Made by a program: the position numbers and the translations under genes. From assembly GCA_038230375.1 (NCBI GenBank), contig JBBRNJ010000044.1, positions 1 through 64,000 of the forward strand: DNA of 64,000 nt. The letters are read 5' to 3'. Every line of letters begins with the position of its first letter. Positions within the stretch are counted from its first letter, which is position 1. The stretch comes from Polyangiales bacterium. GTDB taxonomy: Bacteria > Myxococcota_A > Polyangia > Polyangiales > Polyangiaceae. This document shows positions 8,797 to 17,380 of this stretch, piece by piece. Under the pieces are notes generated by a model that was given only the letters and a program-made list of their open reading frames with translations, made no database searches and had not been told where the DNA came from.

Positions 8797-9516
8797 ATGA
8801 AAGCAAATAAAGCTCTCGCAGCCGGCATGTCGGCGCTCATGTTTGCCGGCTCCATGGCGTACGGGTCAACCGCGCACGCAGATGAGGTGTCCCCCACGGG
8901 CAAGGGCATCGTCGGTGGCGCACTGCTTGGTGGTGAGGTCGTGGTCATCACGATGTCGCTCGTCGGCGTGAAGAACCAGTGGGCGTACCTCGGCGGTGGC
9001 CTTGGCGGCGCGGCTGCTGGCGGCGTCGGTGGCTACTTCGTCGAGAGGGGGTCCTCCGACGGTCGCGCTCCGATCTACATGCTCGCAGGCGGCCTTGCGC
9101 TGATCATTCCGGGTGTCGTGCTCACGCTCAACGCGACCAGCTACCAGGGCAACGAGAACGCGACCGAGGACAAAGCCCCCACGAACACCCCGCCCGCGGA
9201 TCCCGGTCAGGCCGGCGGAAGCGCCGTCATCGGCGGCAGCACCGCTCCCACCCCAGCTCCCGCTGGCGGCGGCACGACCCCCGCTCCTGCACCCGCTCCT
9301 GCTCCTGCGCCCGCGCCCGCTGGTGGCGGCGGCGGCGGGGCACCGAAGGCACCTACCCAGGCACCCATGTCGATGATCGACGTGCAGCCCTCGCAGCTTC
9401 GTCTCGGTGTGCCCGTGCCGGTCGTGAAGAATGCCTTCACCACCCAGGAGCGCGTGAAGTACGGTGCGAACCAGGTGAGCGAGGTCCATGTGGGCGTCCT
9501 CAACATCACCTTCTGA
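8797..9516 (+). CDS. Hypothetical exported protein with glycine-zipper helices and Pro/Ala linker
   Basis: Signal peptide ending AHA; GxxxG helices; PAPAPA linker; C-terminal Phe. Confidence 0.7.
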   Translation: MKANKALAAGMSALMFAGSMAYGSTAHADEVSPTGKGIVGGALLGGEVVVITMSLVGVKNQWAYLGGGLGGAAAGGVGGYFVERGSSDGRAPIYMLAGGLALIIPGVVLTLNATSYQGNENATEDKAPTNTPPADPGQAGGSAVIGGSTAPTPAPAGGGTTPAPAPAPAPAPAPAGGGGGGAPKAPTQAPMSMIDVQPSQLRLGVPVPVVKNAFTTQERVKYGANQVSEVHVGVLNITF

Positions 9517-9528
9517 TCTCGAGGCCCG

Positions 9529-9560
9529 CTCCAGCTGAACTCCAGCTGACTTCCAGCTCG
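9529..9560. repeat. Three 11-bp-period repeats with TCCAGCT core
   Basis: CTCCAGCTGAA CTCCAGCTGAC TTCCAGCTCG in the intergenic region. Confidence 0.7.
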
Positions 9561-9658
9561 CCTTGAGGTGGGGTTGAGTAGGCCGAGTGGGCGATCGTTT
9601 TTTTGCCTACGAACAATGACGTTTTCGGGGGTACGCTGGAAAGCGAGTATCCGAGACC

Positions 9659-11407
9659 ATGAACACGACCTCACAACGGACGGGGCAGAAGCCGCAGGAT
9701 CCCATGCTCGGGCGAGTCGTCGCCGGGCGTTACAGGCTCGAGGCGCGCGCGGGTGAAGGTGGCATGGGCGTCGTCTATCGCGCCCGCCACGTGCTCATCG
9801 ACCGCGTCGTTGCGCTCAAGCTGATTCGCCCCGACCTGCGCGGCGAGACACACCTGCGCGCATGGATGTTGCGAGAGGCGCGCGCCGCGAACCGCGTCGA
9901 CCACGCACACATCATCGACATCCACGACATCGGCGAGACGGAAGAGGGCGAGCTCTATCTCGTCATGGAGTACCTGGTCGGCGTCTCGCTCTCGAGCGAG
10001 CTGGCGAAGGGCCCCATGCCTCTGTCGCGCAGCGTCGACATCCTGGAGCAGATGTGCGCCGCTCTGGCGCGCGCGCACGACCTTGGCGTCATCCACCGCG
10101 ACCTGAAGAGTGACAACATCCTCCTCACCTCGCGCGGCGGCCGCAAGGACTTCGTCAAGATCCTCGACTTCGGCCTGGCGCACCTCGCGATGGACCCGCG
10201 GCTCGCGCCGAAGGGCGCCGTCTTCGGCACGCCCGAGTACATGTCGCCGGAACAAGCGCGCGGCGAAGAGGCCGGCCCGCCGTCCGATCTCTATGCGCTC
10301 GGCGTCCTCTTCTTCGAGATGCTCACGGGGCAGCTCCCCTTCCGCTCGAACGATCGCGAGACGCTCCTCGAGATGCAGCGCACGGCGCCCGCGCCGAAGC
10401 CCACGTCGATCAAGCCGGACGTCCTCCCGACCGCGGAAGGCATCGTCCTCAAGCTGCTCGAGAAGGAGCGCCGCAAGCGTTACCAGGACGCCCACCACCT
10501 CCACGAAGAGCTCAAGGGGCTCCAGCGCGCGCTGCCCAGCACGCCGTGGGAAGCGGCCGGGCAAGGCGACGCAGCACCGCCGCCGCCGCCGCCGCCGCAG
10601 TCCGCAGGCGTGGCGGAGTGGGGCAGCCGTGCGGTGCTCTTCTCGCGCATGGTGAGTCGCGCCTATCCCGGCGGCAATGCTCCGCCCGAGGTCCAGCAGG
10701 CCGTTGCGCAGTCCTGGGACCTCGCGTCGCGCGCATCTCGCCTCGAGGGCGAGGTCGCAAGTCACACGCGCAAGCTCGAGTCGCTCGAGCGTCGTGGCCG
10801 TGCGCTCCGCGCCGAGATCGGCCGCAAGGTAGAGGAGCTCGCGCACGAGGAGTCGCGCGCGCTTCGTGAGGCCACCGCTGAACACCAGGAGGCCGCGCGT
10901 CTGCGCGAGCAGGTGCAGGTGGCAGAGCGCGCAGCAGGCACCGCACGCGCGCAGGCAGATCAGGCAGCGCAGCAAGGCGGCGCAAACCCGGCGGCGATTC
11001 GCCCCGTGTTCGAGCGGTCAGGCGCGGCAGCTGCACTGCTGGAGGCGCGTCGTGAGCAGCTCGCCGAGCGCGATCAGAAGGCCGCCGTGAAGGACGCACA
11101 CGCACGCGACCTTCGCCGCCAGATCGACGAGCTCCGCGCGCAGCTCTCACGCTACGCAGAGGCGCTCGACGAGGACCTCGCGTCCGGCCGCGAGAAGGTC
11201 GCTGCGCGCACGCGCGAGGGCCTCGCGTTCGAGAAGGCGTTCAACGAGGCCTCCACGCTGCTCATCAATCACCTGAAGACCAAGCCCGAAGCGCGCGATC
11301 TGCTCCAGGAGCTCCTCACGTCCACGGGACAGGGTGGAGGAAGCCAGAGCAGCACGCGCTCGGTCGCAGGGGACTCGCCGGCCAGCCGTGGTCCTGGCCA
11401 GCTGTAG
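9659..11407 (+). CDS. Cytoplasmic Hanks-type Ser/Thr kinase with long coiled-coil C-terminus
   Basis: GEGGMGVVY, VALK, HRDLKSDN, DFG, GTPEYMSPE; no TM; heptad-rich tail. Confidence 0.92.
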   Translation: MNTTSQRTGQKPQDPMLGRVVAGRYRLEARAGEGGMGVVYRARHVLIDRVVALKLIRPDLRGETHLRAWMLREARAANRVDHAHIIDIHDIGETEEGELYLVMEYLVGVSLSSELAKGPMPLSRSVDILEQMCAALARAHDLGVIHRDLKSDNILLTSRGGRKDFVKILDFGLAHLAMDPRLAPKGAVFGTPEYMSPEQARGEEAGPPSDLYALGVLFFEMLTGQLPFRSNDRETLLEMQRTAPAPKPTSIKPDVLPTAEGIVLKLLEKERRKRYQDAHHLHEELKGLQRALPSTPWEAAGQGDAAPPPPPPPQSAGVAEWGSRAVLFSRMVSRAYPGGNAPPEVQQAVAQSWDLASRASRLEGEVASHTRKLESLERRGRALRAEIGRKVEELAHEESRALREATAEHQEAARLREQVQVAERAAGTARAQADQAAQQGGANPAAIRPVFERSGAAAALLEARREQLAERDQKAAVKDAHARDLRRQIDELRAQLSRYAEALDEDLASGREKVAARTREGLAFEKAFNEASTLLINHLKTKPEARDLLQELLTSTGQGGGSQSSTRSVAGDSPASRGPGQL

Positions 11408-11427
11408 AGAGAAGAACGAGGCGACGC

Positions 11428-11943
11428 GTGGTCACCGCGGAGAAGATCGAGCACATCATCATGCCGCACGAGGACCTGGTCCTCACACCGGATGAGCGGC
11501 ACGCGATCCTCGAGCTTGCGTACCTGACGATCGCCTGGGATGGCGCGCTCGTGAAGTCGGAGCTCGACGCGTTCCGCATTCTTGCCTCGCACCTTCGAGA
11601 CATGGTGGGCGATCCGGACGTGGGCCCAGACAGCAAGCGGCCCGCGCCACCGGCCGAGAACCGGAAGCTCACGGAAGGCGAGCTCGCGAAGCTGCTTGCG
11701 GAGTTCGCGAGCGGCCTCGAGCGAGAGGCGGCGGACGCCAGACTGCTCACGCTCGCGCCGCGACTGCAGCGAAAGGTCGCAGCGACGTTCGCCTACGAGT
11801 TCGCGTGCGCGCTGTCGCTGATCGACGGCGACGGCGGCGACGCCGAGTTCGAGCTGGAGCTCCAGCTGGTAGATGCGCTGGGGCTCCCGACCGCCGAGGC
11901 CGAGACCCTTGCGATGCGAACGCGCACGCTCATGATCGGCTGA
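11428..11943 (+). CDS. TerB-like (tellurite-resistance fold) protein
   Basis: Two (A/I)DG-x5-E-type motifs (AWDGALVKSE, LIDGDGGDAE) in an all-helical protein. Confidence 0.65.
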   Translation: MVTAEKIEHIIMPHEDLVLTPDERHAILELAYLTIAWDGALVKSELDAFRILASHLRDMVGDPDVGPDSKRPAPPAENRKLTEGELAKLLAEFASGLEREAADARLLTLAPRLQRKVAATFAYEFACALSLIDGDGGDAEFELELQLVDALGLPTAEAETLAMRTRTLMIG

Positions 11944-11974
11944 AGCCGTCGCGCTGCGGGCCCGACGCCTGCGC

Positions 11975-13231
11975 TCACAGGTCGAACAGCGTTGTCGGTG
12001 GCGGTGAGAGAACAGCCGCTGGCGCAGAGACGAGTCCGGCCATCCCGCGTGTGCGAAGCCAGATGCGTCCAACCGCGCCACCACCGCCGCCAGCGTTTGG
12101 GCCGGCCTGGTTCGCGTTCGTGGTGGGCGCCGTCATTGCGAATCCACCTGCGCCACCTGAGCACGAACCGCACGAGCCCTCGTCTTGCCCGCCGCTGGCC
12201 GCCGCGCCTACGGCGGTTCCGTCACTGCCCCCATAGCCGTCACCACTGCCAACGGTGCTCGGTACGCCGCCGCCGCCACCTCCGCCGCCGCCGTTCGCCG
12301 CAAGCGTCGCGCCCATCGCGATCGAGATGCCGGTGATCGCCTCCATGACAATCTCCCCGCCGGAGCCGCCGCCGCCACCCGCGTATCCGAGACACCCGCC
12401 GTGACCGCCGCCGCCGCCCACGTTGATCTTTCCGCTGATCGCGATCCTCGTGAACGATGTGATCTGGAACGCACCACCGCCCGCTCCGCCCTGGCTCTTC
12501 GGATCGGTGCAACCAGAGCGCGATCCCGTGCCGCCACCGGAGCCAGCGAAGAGCTTCTTGTAGTCACCATAGGAAACGCCAGCAGCGCCAGGCGCCGCGT
12601 TTCCTGCGCCGGTCTGTCCGATCGCGCCGTTCGTCCCGAAGCCTCCGCCACCGCCGCCACCATCACCATTGCTTCCGCCGGCGCTGCCGTTCTTGCCCGC
12701 GCCAGCTCCTGCCCCTGGAAGTGCGCCGCCGGGCCCTGGCGTTGCCTTGCTCGCGCCCGCGTCGATCACGCCAGCGATGGTGACGTCACCGAGCGAGACG
12801 ACAACGAGCGGACGCCCGCCGTGCACCTTCACCGTCTGCCCGCCAGGCACGCTCCAGGAGCGCACGACCATCACGACGTTGCCCGAGCCGTCCACGTAGA
12901 GCCAGTCCGTCGTGACGGCCGGGTTCCCGCCACGTGTGATCTGAGGAAGAGCCGCGCTCGCGCCGCCACCCGTATCGATGTCCGTGGCGTCCCCTAGGTC
13001 GACGAGATCCGGCAGGCCATCACGGACCGGATCATTCAGGTGGGTGACGCTGCTCCCCGCCGATGCGTCAGGGACACCGGTGTCGCCCACGGAGCCATCA
13101 GCAACGGACGCGGAGGAGGAGTCACCGCCCGCATCCACGGACGAGATGGATGGTCCATTCGAGTCGCTGCCGCCGAAGGCACCGCAGCCGAGCCCAACGA
13201 GGGGCATCACCAGCCATGTCCATCCCCGCAT
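11975..13231 (-). CDS. Glycine-rich surface lipoprotein
   Basis: Lipobox LGLGC; DAG linker; repeated GGGGG/GGAGG blocks alternating with short beta segments. Confidence 0.8.
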   Translation of the reverse strand: MRGWTWLVMPLVGLGCGAFGGSDSNGPSISSVDAGGDSSSASVADGSVGDTGVPDASAGSSVTHLNDPVRDGLPDLVDLGDATDIDTGGGASAALPQITRGGNPAVTTDWLYVDGSGNVVMVVRSWSVPGGQTVKVHGGRPLVVVSLGDVTIAGVIDAGASKATPGPGGALPGAGAGAGKNGSAGGSNGDGGGGGGGFGTNGAIGQTGAGNAAPGAAGVSYGDYKKLFAGSGGGTGSRSGCTDPKSQGGAGGGAFQITSFTRIAISGKINVGGGGGHGGCLGYAGGGGGSGGEIVMEAITGISIAMGATLAANGGGGGGGGGVPSTVGSGDGYGGSDGTAVGAAASGGQDEGSCGSCSGGAGGFAMTAPTTNANQAGPNAGGGGGAVGRIWLRTRGMAGLVSAPAAVLSPPPTTLFDL

Positions 13232-13295
13232 GCTTCAAGATTAACACATGCAGCGCGCGGACGCGCATGCTCATCGCTGGCGCCGAAGCAGACCG

Positions 13296-13336
13296 ACGCG
13301 ACAATATTGTCGCGTGACGCGACAACGTTGTCGCAT
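13296..13336. promoter_or_regulatory. Tandem palindromes GCGACAA-NN-TTGTCGC, 21-bp period
   Basis: Perfect 20-bp palindrome ACGCGACAATATTGTCGCGT (13296-13315) and 16-bp GCGACAACGTTGTCGC (13319-13334). Confidence 0.65.
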
Positions 13337-14004
13337 CACTTCTTCATGAGCGCGGCGAGGGCCTTCTTGGACTTCGCGGCCTTGCTGGACTGCACGAGCA
13401 CGAGCACGTCAGCATCGGCGTCGTAGAACGCGGAGTCCGTCGACGTGAGTGAGTCGTTGCGGACCTTCGGCGAACGGAGCTTGGGGCCCGATGAGTCGGG
13501 CGTGGTTGCAGGGCGAACGATCTGGACCGACGCATCCTTGAGGACGATCTGCACCATCTCGTAGTCGGGGCCCGTGATCACGTTGCTGGACACGACCTTC
13601 GACTTCAGCGCCTTCTTCGAAGCGCCGGCGACGGCATCAGCACCGACCGAGGAGACCGACTCGCCCTTGATCTTCGCCTTCGAAGCCTTGTGCGCTCCCG
13701 ACGACGAGACATCGGGCTTGCCAGGCTTGGGGTCGTCAGATGCTGAAGATGCCTCGGGCGCTGCTGCAACGGTCTCGGGCTTGGAGGATTTTGCGGGCTT
13801 CGAATCGGTGCTGGACGAATCGCTCTTGTCGGCGGCGGGCTTCTTGGTGTCCGCGGTCGGGGCTTCCTTGCCACCGTTGTAGGTGCTCCAGTCGTAGTCC
13901 GGCTCCGGCGCAGCTGCAGGCTTCGCAGCCTTGGCGCAACCGAGCCCGCCAAGGCAGAAGGAGAGCGCTGCGAGCGCGACCAGTTTGTGGAGGAGGGGTT
14001 GCAC
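13336..14004 (-). CDS. Hypothetical lipoprotein (Lys/Ser/Asp-rich linker)
   Basis: GGAGG RBS, GTG start, lipobox GGLGC. Confidence 0.7.
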   Translation of the reverse strand: MQPLLHKLVALAALSFCLGGLGCAKAAKPAAAPEPDYDWSTYNGGKEAPTADTKKPAADKSDSSSTDSKPAKSSKPETVAAAPEASSASDDPKPGKPDVSSSGAHKASKAKIKGESVSSVGADAVAGASKKALKSKVVSSNVITGPDYEMVQIVLKDASVQIVRPATTPDSSGPKLRSPKVRNDSLTSTDSAFYDADADVLVLVQSSKAAKSKKALAALMKK

Positions 14005-14154
14005 GACCTCCGTAGTCGCAACTTGCGCGCCAGATGTGGCTCCATGTGGGTACGCAGAGTTGGGGAGGATTTTTCCAGTTTTGGTGGCAAGCCTGGGGAC
14101 CTTTTGATCCAAGGGGGTGGATGCCCCACGCCGCAACCCGTCATCAAACGGAGA

Positions 14155-14208
14155 CAGGTCAACGTCGAGGTCGAGGTCGAAGTCGAAGTCGAGGTCGAGG
14201 TCGAGGTC
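14155..14208. repeat. (GARGTC)7 hexamer array plus two degenerate units
   Basis: Read directly; intergenic. Confidence 0.9.
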
Positions 14209-14284
14209 CGTTCGATTCACACGCCGCGCATGCGGTTCCACGCTGGAGCTGATTGGACGGACTCTCGATGCCGCCCGTACTGCG

Positions 14285-14569
14285 CTAGTGCGGATTTCCC
14301 ATCCACTGGTCTTCATCCACGCTGTAGCTGTTGTTGGTCCACACCGCGTGGATCGTGCAGGTCACGCCAGCCTCGAGCCCTGAACGCGATGGGCTGTGGA
14401 TGCGAAATGCGAAGTGCTCGCCGGTGAAGTCGCCCGCGATGACCCCCAACACGCGCGTGTGGACGACCCAATCGAGAAACCTACCGGCGCCACGCACCGG
14501 TGAACACTCGACGCGCTCCACTACCGCGCGAAACGTCAGGTCGCCGGGCACGCTGGGTTCAGGCGCCAC
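14285..14569 (-). CDS. Hypothetical protein (94 aa, beta-rich)
   Basis: ORF overlapping the end of the upstream gene; plausible composition. Confidence 0.5.
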   Translation of the reverse strand: MAPEPSVPGDLTFRAVVERVECSPVRGAGRFLDWVVHTRVLGVIAGDFTGEHFAFRIHSPSRSGLEAGVTCTIHAVWTNNSYSVDEDQWMGNPH

Positions 14570-14918
14570 GCATGCGGTTCCACGCTGGATCGGATTGCAG
14601 CTCCGTCATGGCGCTCTGCACGCGCTCGTTCAGCTTGGCGCCATCCACTCCGCCTGACTCGACGAGCATCTGCATGAGCACGAACACGACGGACTGCAGC
14701 TTTGCGATCTCGTGTCCTTGATCGCGATCGAGCTCGAGGAGGCGAAGGACCTGCTTCTCGACCGTTGCGCTGCTGGAGTGCAGCGCGTTGATCTCGTCCG
14801 CCGCCTGGTTGATCCGCTTGTTCTCGATGAACGTGGACGGGTTGAAGAGGATCGATGCGAGGTTCTTGTTCTTGTCCATGGAGGTCTCCGCGGGCGCTGG
14901 CGCCGCGCCATTAACCAA
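14559..14918 (-). CDS. Hypothetical helical protein
   Basis: GGAGGA RBS, high-GC3 codons, coiled-coil-like. Confidence 0.65.
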   Translation of the reverse strand: MVNGAAPAPAETSMDKNKNLASILFNPSTFIENKRINQAADEINALHSSSATVEKQVLRLLELDRDQGHEIAKLQSVVFVLMQMLVESGGVDGAKLNERVQSAMTELQSDPAWNRMRGA

Positions 14919-14930
14919 TCACGTCCTCCG

Positions 14931-16184
14931 TCACTTGTCGGTGGTGATGTGAGCGGGAGCCACGAGAGAGGCGCACGAGAGCTCTGCTTCGCTCATGGCG
15001 ATCTGCTCCACCTTGTAGCCGTCGAACGCACGATACGTGAGGTAGTCACCGCGGACGAGCCTTGCCTTCACGAGCCTCCCCGTTGCCGCGTCGCGCATGC
15101 CGAGAAACGGAGACGTGCTCGCATCGAGCGCCCACGCGACGGTCTCCTGCTCTCCGGAGTCGAGCTGCGTCGTGCCTCGAACGTGGACCACGTTGTCGTG
15201 GATGGCGACGCGCGAGCCGCGCTCGACGCGGCCGTACGAGTTGTCGGCGAGCAAGAGCTCGAAGCCACCCGGGTCACGAAGCAACGCCGGGCAATCACCG
15301 CTGGGCGTGTGACCGACCACGACACGACGGATCTCCGCCGCGGCGAGCGCAGACACGACGTGCTCTGGCGGAAGCATCGGATTGCCGACAGCATCCGTGG
15401 GGCGTGCGTAGACGACGCTCTCCTGGTTGGTGCGCGAGTCACTCCTTGGCGCCTGATAGGCGATGAGCTCTTGCCAGAGCGGCGTTCCATCTGCCGCGCA
15501 TGCACCCGTGCAGAATGCATGCATGGACTCTGCATAGAACTCGTTGAGCGCCCGCAGCCACCCGTCCACGGCGGGGATGCGATCGATGCGGCCCGGGACC
15601 ACGCCGAGATTCTCTGCGGTGACGCCGCCGTGGACGAAGAGGGTCTCCTCCTCGCGATGAGCAAGCACGGCGGCCGAGAGGTAGCTCCGCAACGGCCCAT
15701 CGGGCGCAAGGTCAGCGAGATAGCTTTGAACGACGTCGTCATCATCGGCAGAGCGGCCCTCTGCGCAAAGCTCGGTACGCCGATGCTCGAACGCAGCGCG
15801 TGCGCCCATGGTGTGCGTCAGGATGAAGCGCAGCAGATCCCCACGGAGCCCACCCGCGACCTCTGCGGTCACACGCGGCGGCGGGCTCCCATTGAGCTCG
15901 CGGACGAGGCGAAGCTTGTTGATGTCGCGGTTTCCCGCGAGCAGCACCACCGACGCCGGCTGCGCACGCTTCGCGGCCAGCAGCGTGGCGACGATCTTTC
16001 TTCCCGCGGGCCCCCGGTCGATCGCATCACCGCCGAACACGAAGAGCGCGTTGTCCGCGACCCGAAGCGCCGCATCGCCGTGCGCCGCGCCCTCTTCCAG
16101 CGTGACGAGAGACGAGCCCGCGCAGAAGTCGACCAGCTTCTCCCAGCGACCTTCGACGTCCGTGAGGTACGCGACCCTGCGCAT
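14931..16184 (-). CDS. Calcineurin-like metallophosphoesterase (DVEG/GNRD variant)
   Basis: TDVEG, GGDAIDRG, GNRDINK, FVHGG, VGHTP motifs. Confidence 0.8.
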   Translation of the reverse strand: MRRVAYLTDVEGRWEKLVDFCAGSSLVTLEEGAAHGDAALRVADNALFVFGGDAIDRGPAGRKIVATLLAAKRAQPASVVLLAGNRDINKLRLVRELNGSPPPRVTAEVAGGLRGDLLRFILTHTMGARAAFEHRRTELCAEGRSADDDDVVQSYLADLAPDGPLRSYLSAAVLAHREEETLFVHGGVTAENLGVVPGRIDRIPAVDGWLRALNEFYAESMHAFCTGACAADGTPLWQELIAYQAPRSDSRTNQESVVYARPTDAVGNPMLPPEHVVSALAAAEIRRVVVGHTPSGDCPALLRDPGGFELLLADNSYGRVERGSRVAIHDNVVHVRGTTQLDSGEQETVAWALDASTSPFLGMRDAATGRLVKARLVRGDYLTYRAFDGYKVEQIAMSEAELSCASLVAPAHITTDK

Positions 16185-16242
16185 CGAGGAGATCCTATCC
16201 TCGTTTCGCGCTCCGGACGGTCTCGAGGACCACTCGGTGTTT

Positions 16243-16659
16243 TCAGGCGTGGCGCAGCAGCTCCACCGCGAACGTGACGAACGCGCCCCAGCCCACGGTG
16301 AAGAGCACCGTACGTATGCGACCGGCTGACACGCCACCGATGTGGACCAAGGCGTGGGCCAGCCGCACGAAGAAGTACGTCGCCGCCGCGTACGCGGTGA
16401 TCGGCGTGGAGACTCCCACGGCCTGCGCGATGAGCACGACGGTCGCGAACGGCACCAGGTTCTCCACTGCGTTCACGTGCGCGCGGTTCGCTCGGTTCAC
16501 CCATGCAGGGAGCGGCACGGTTGGCGCCACCACGTAGTCGTCTGGCTTGAGCGCGCCTCGCGACCGGGCGTAGCCGATGACGACCGGGATCCAGAGGCAG
16601 CCCGTGAGAAGCGCAGTCCACGCGAGATAGTGCAGCTCGGGTTTCAAGACTTCATGCAC
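16243..16659 (-). CDS. MAPEG family membrane protein
   Basis: RANRAHVNAVENLVPF and four hydrophobic helices; start uncertain (16647, 16659 or 16689). Confidence 0.85.
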   Translation of the reverse strand: MHEVLKPELHYLAWTALLTGCLWIPVVIGYARSRGALKPDDYVVAPTVPLPAWVNRANRAHVNAVENLVPFATVVLIAQAVGVSTPITAYAAATYFFVRLAHALVHIGGVSAGRIRTVLFTVGWGAFVTFAVELLRHA

Positions 16660-16742
16660 CGGGCCTCTCGGCCACGATGTCCTTTCCATGAAGACGACCG
16701 GCGACACCGAAAGGATGCGCGCGCGCTGCCGACAGGCGAAAA

Positions 16743-17351
16743 TCAGGTCCCGGTGTAGCTGATCTCCTTCGACGAGCCTTCCGCGTTGAAGGTCCCGACC
16801 GCCGTGCCGGGGCCTGTCTTCGCGGGCGCCATGGTCCCGCCGGTGACCGTGAATGACATGGTGCCGGTCGTCAATCCTTGCGCAGGCGGCGTGACGGAGT
16901 CCAGATGGATGGTCCCGCCGGTCGCTCTCCACGTCTTGCTGACCGAGCCGCACGTCTCGCTGTAGGTGAGGTAGCCCTTGCCGTCCGGCACGGGCGCGTC
17001 GGCCACGAACGGAAACGAAGCGCCAGCCATGGGGACACCCACGAAGGCGACGTTGAGGATGGAGGAGCACGAGTCGAAGTAGATGTTTGCAGTGAATGAG
17101 CACGACTTGCTGGCGCCGCTACCAGACGCCATGCAGAACGAGCCGAGCACCGGCCCCACCTGGAACTGCGTGCGCATGGTGTTGGCGCCGGTGTTGCCGC
17201 TGAACGTGAAGTCCATGCCGCCGTTGGTGCTGACCCCTCCGTCGGCGGCTTGTGCGGGCCCCGCGTCCTTGTCGTTGCCACCATTGGTATTGCTGCACGC
17301 GCCAAGAAAAAGGGCGAACAGGGCGACGGTCCGAAGCGAGCGCAGGTTCAT
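16743..17351 (-). CDS. Hypothetical lipoprotein
   Basis: Lipobox LGAC, DAG linker, beta-rich domain with four Cys. Confidence 0.75.
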   Translation of the reverse strand: MNLRSLRTVALFALFLGACSNTNGGNDKDAGPAQAADGGVSTNGGMDFTFSGNTGANTMRTQFQVGPVLGSFCMASGSGASKSCSFTANIYFDSCSSILNVAFVGVPMAGASFPFVADAPVPDGKGYLTYSETCGSVSKTWRATGGTIHLDSVTPPAQGLTTGTMSFTVTGGTMAPAKTGPGTAVGTFNAEGSSKEISYTGT

Positions 17352-17380
17352 GAGCGAAATAGTACCATCGCGCGACCGGC

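Noticed and set aside
14005..14316. Extension of ORF 13336..14316 including DLDLDFDF
   Set aside because: Translation of the hexamer array; RBS, GTG and lipobox place the start at 14004
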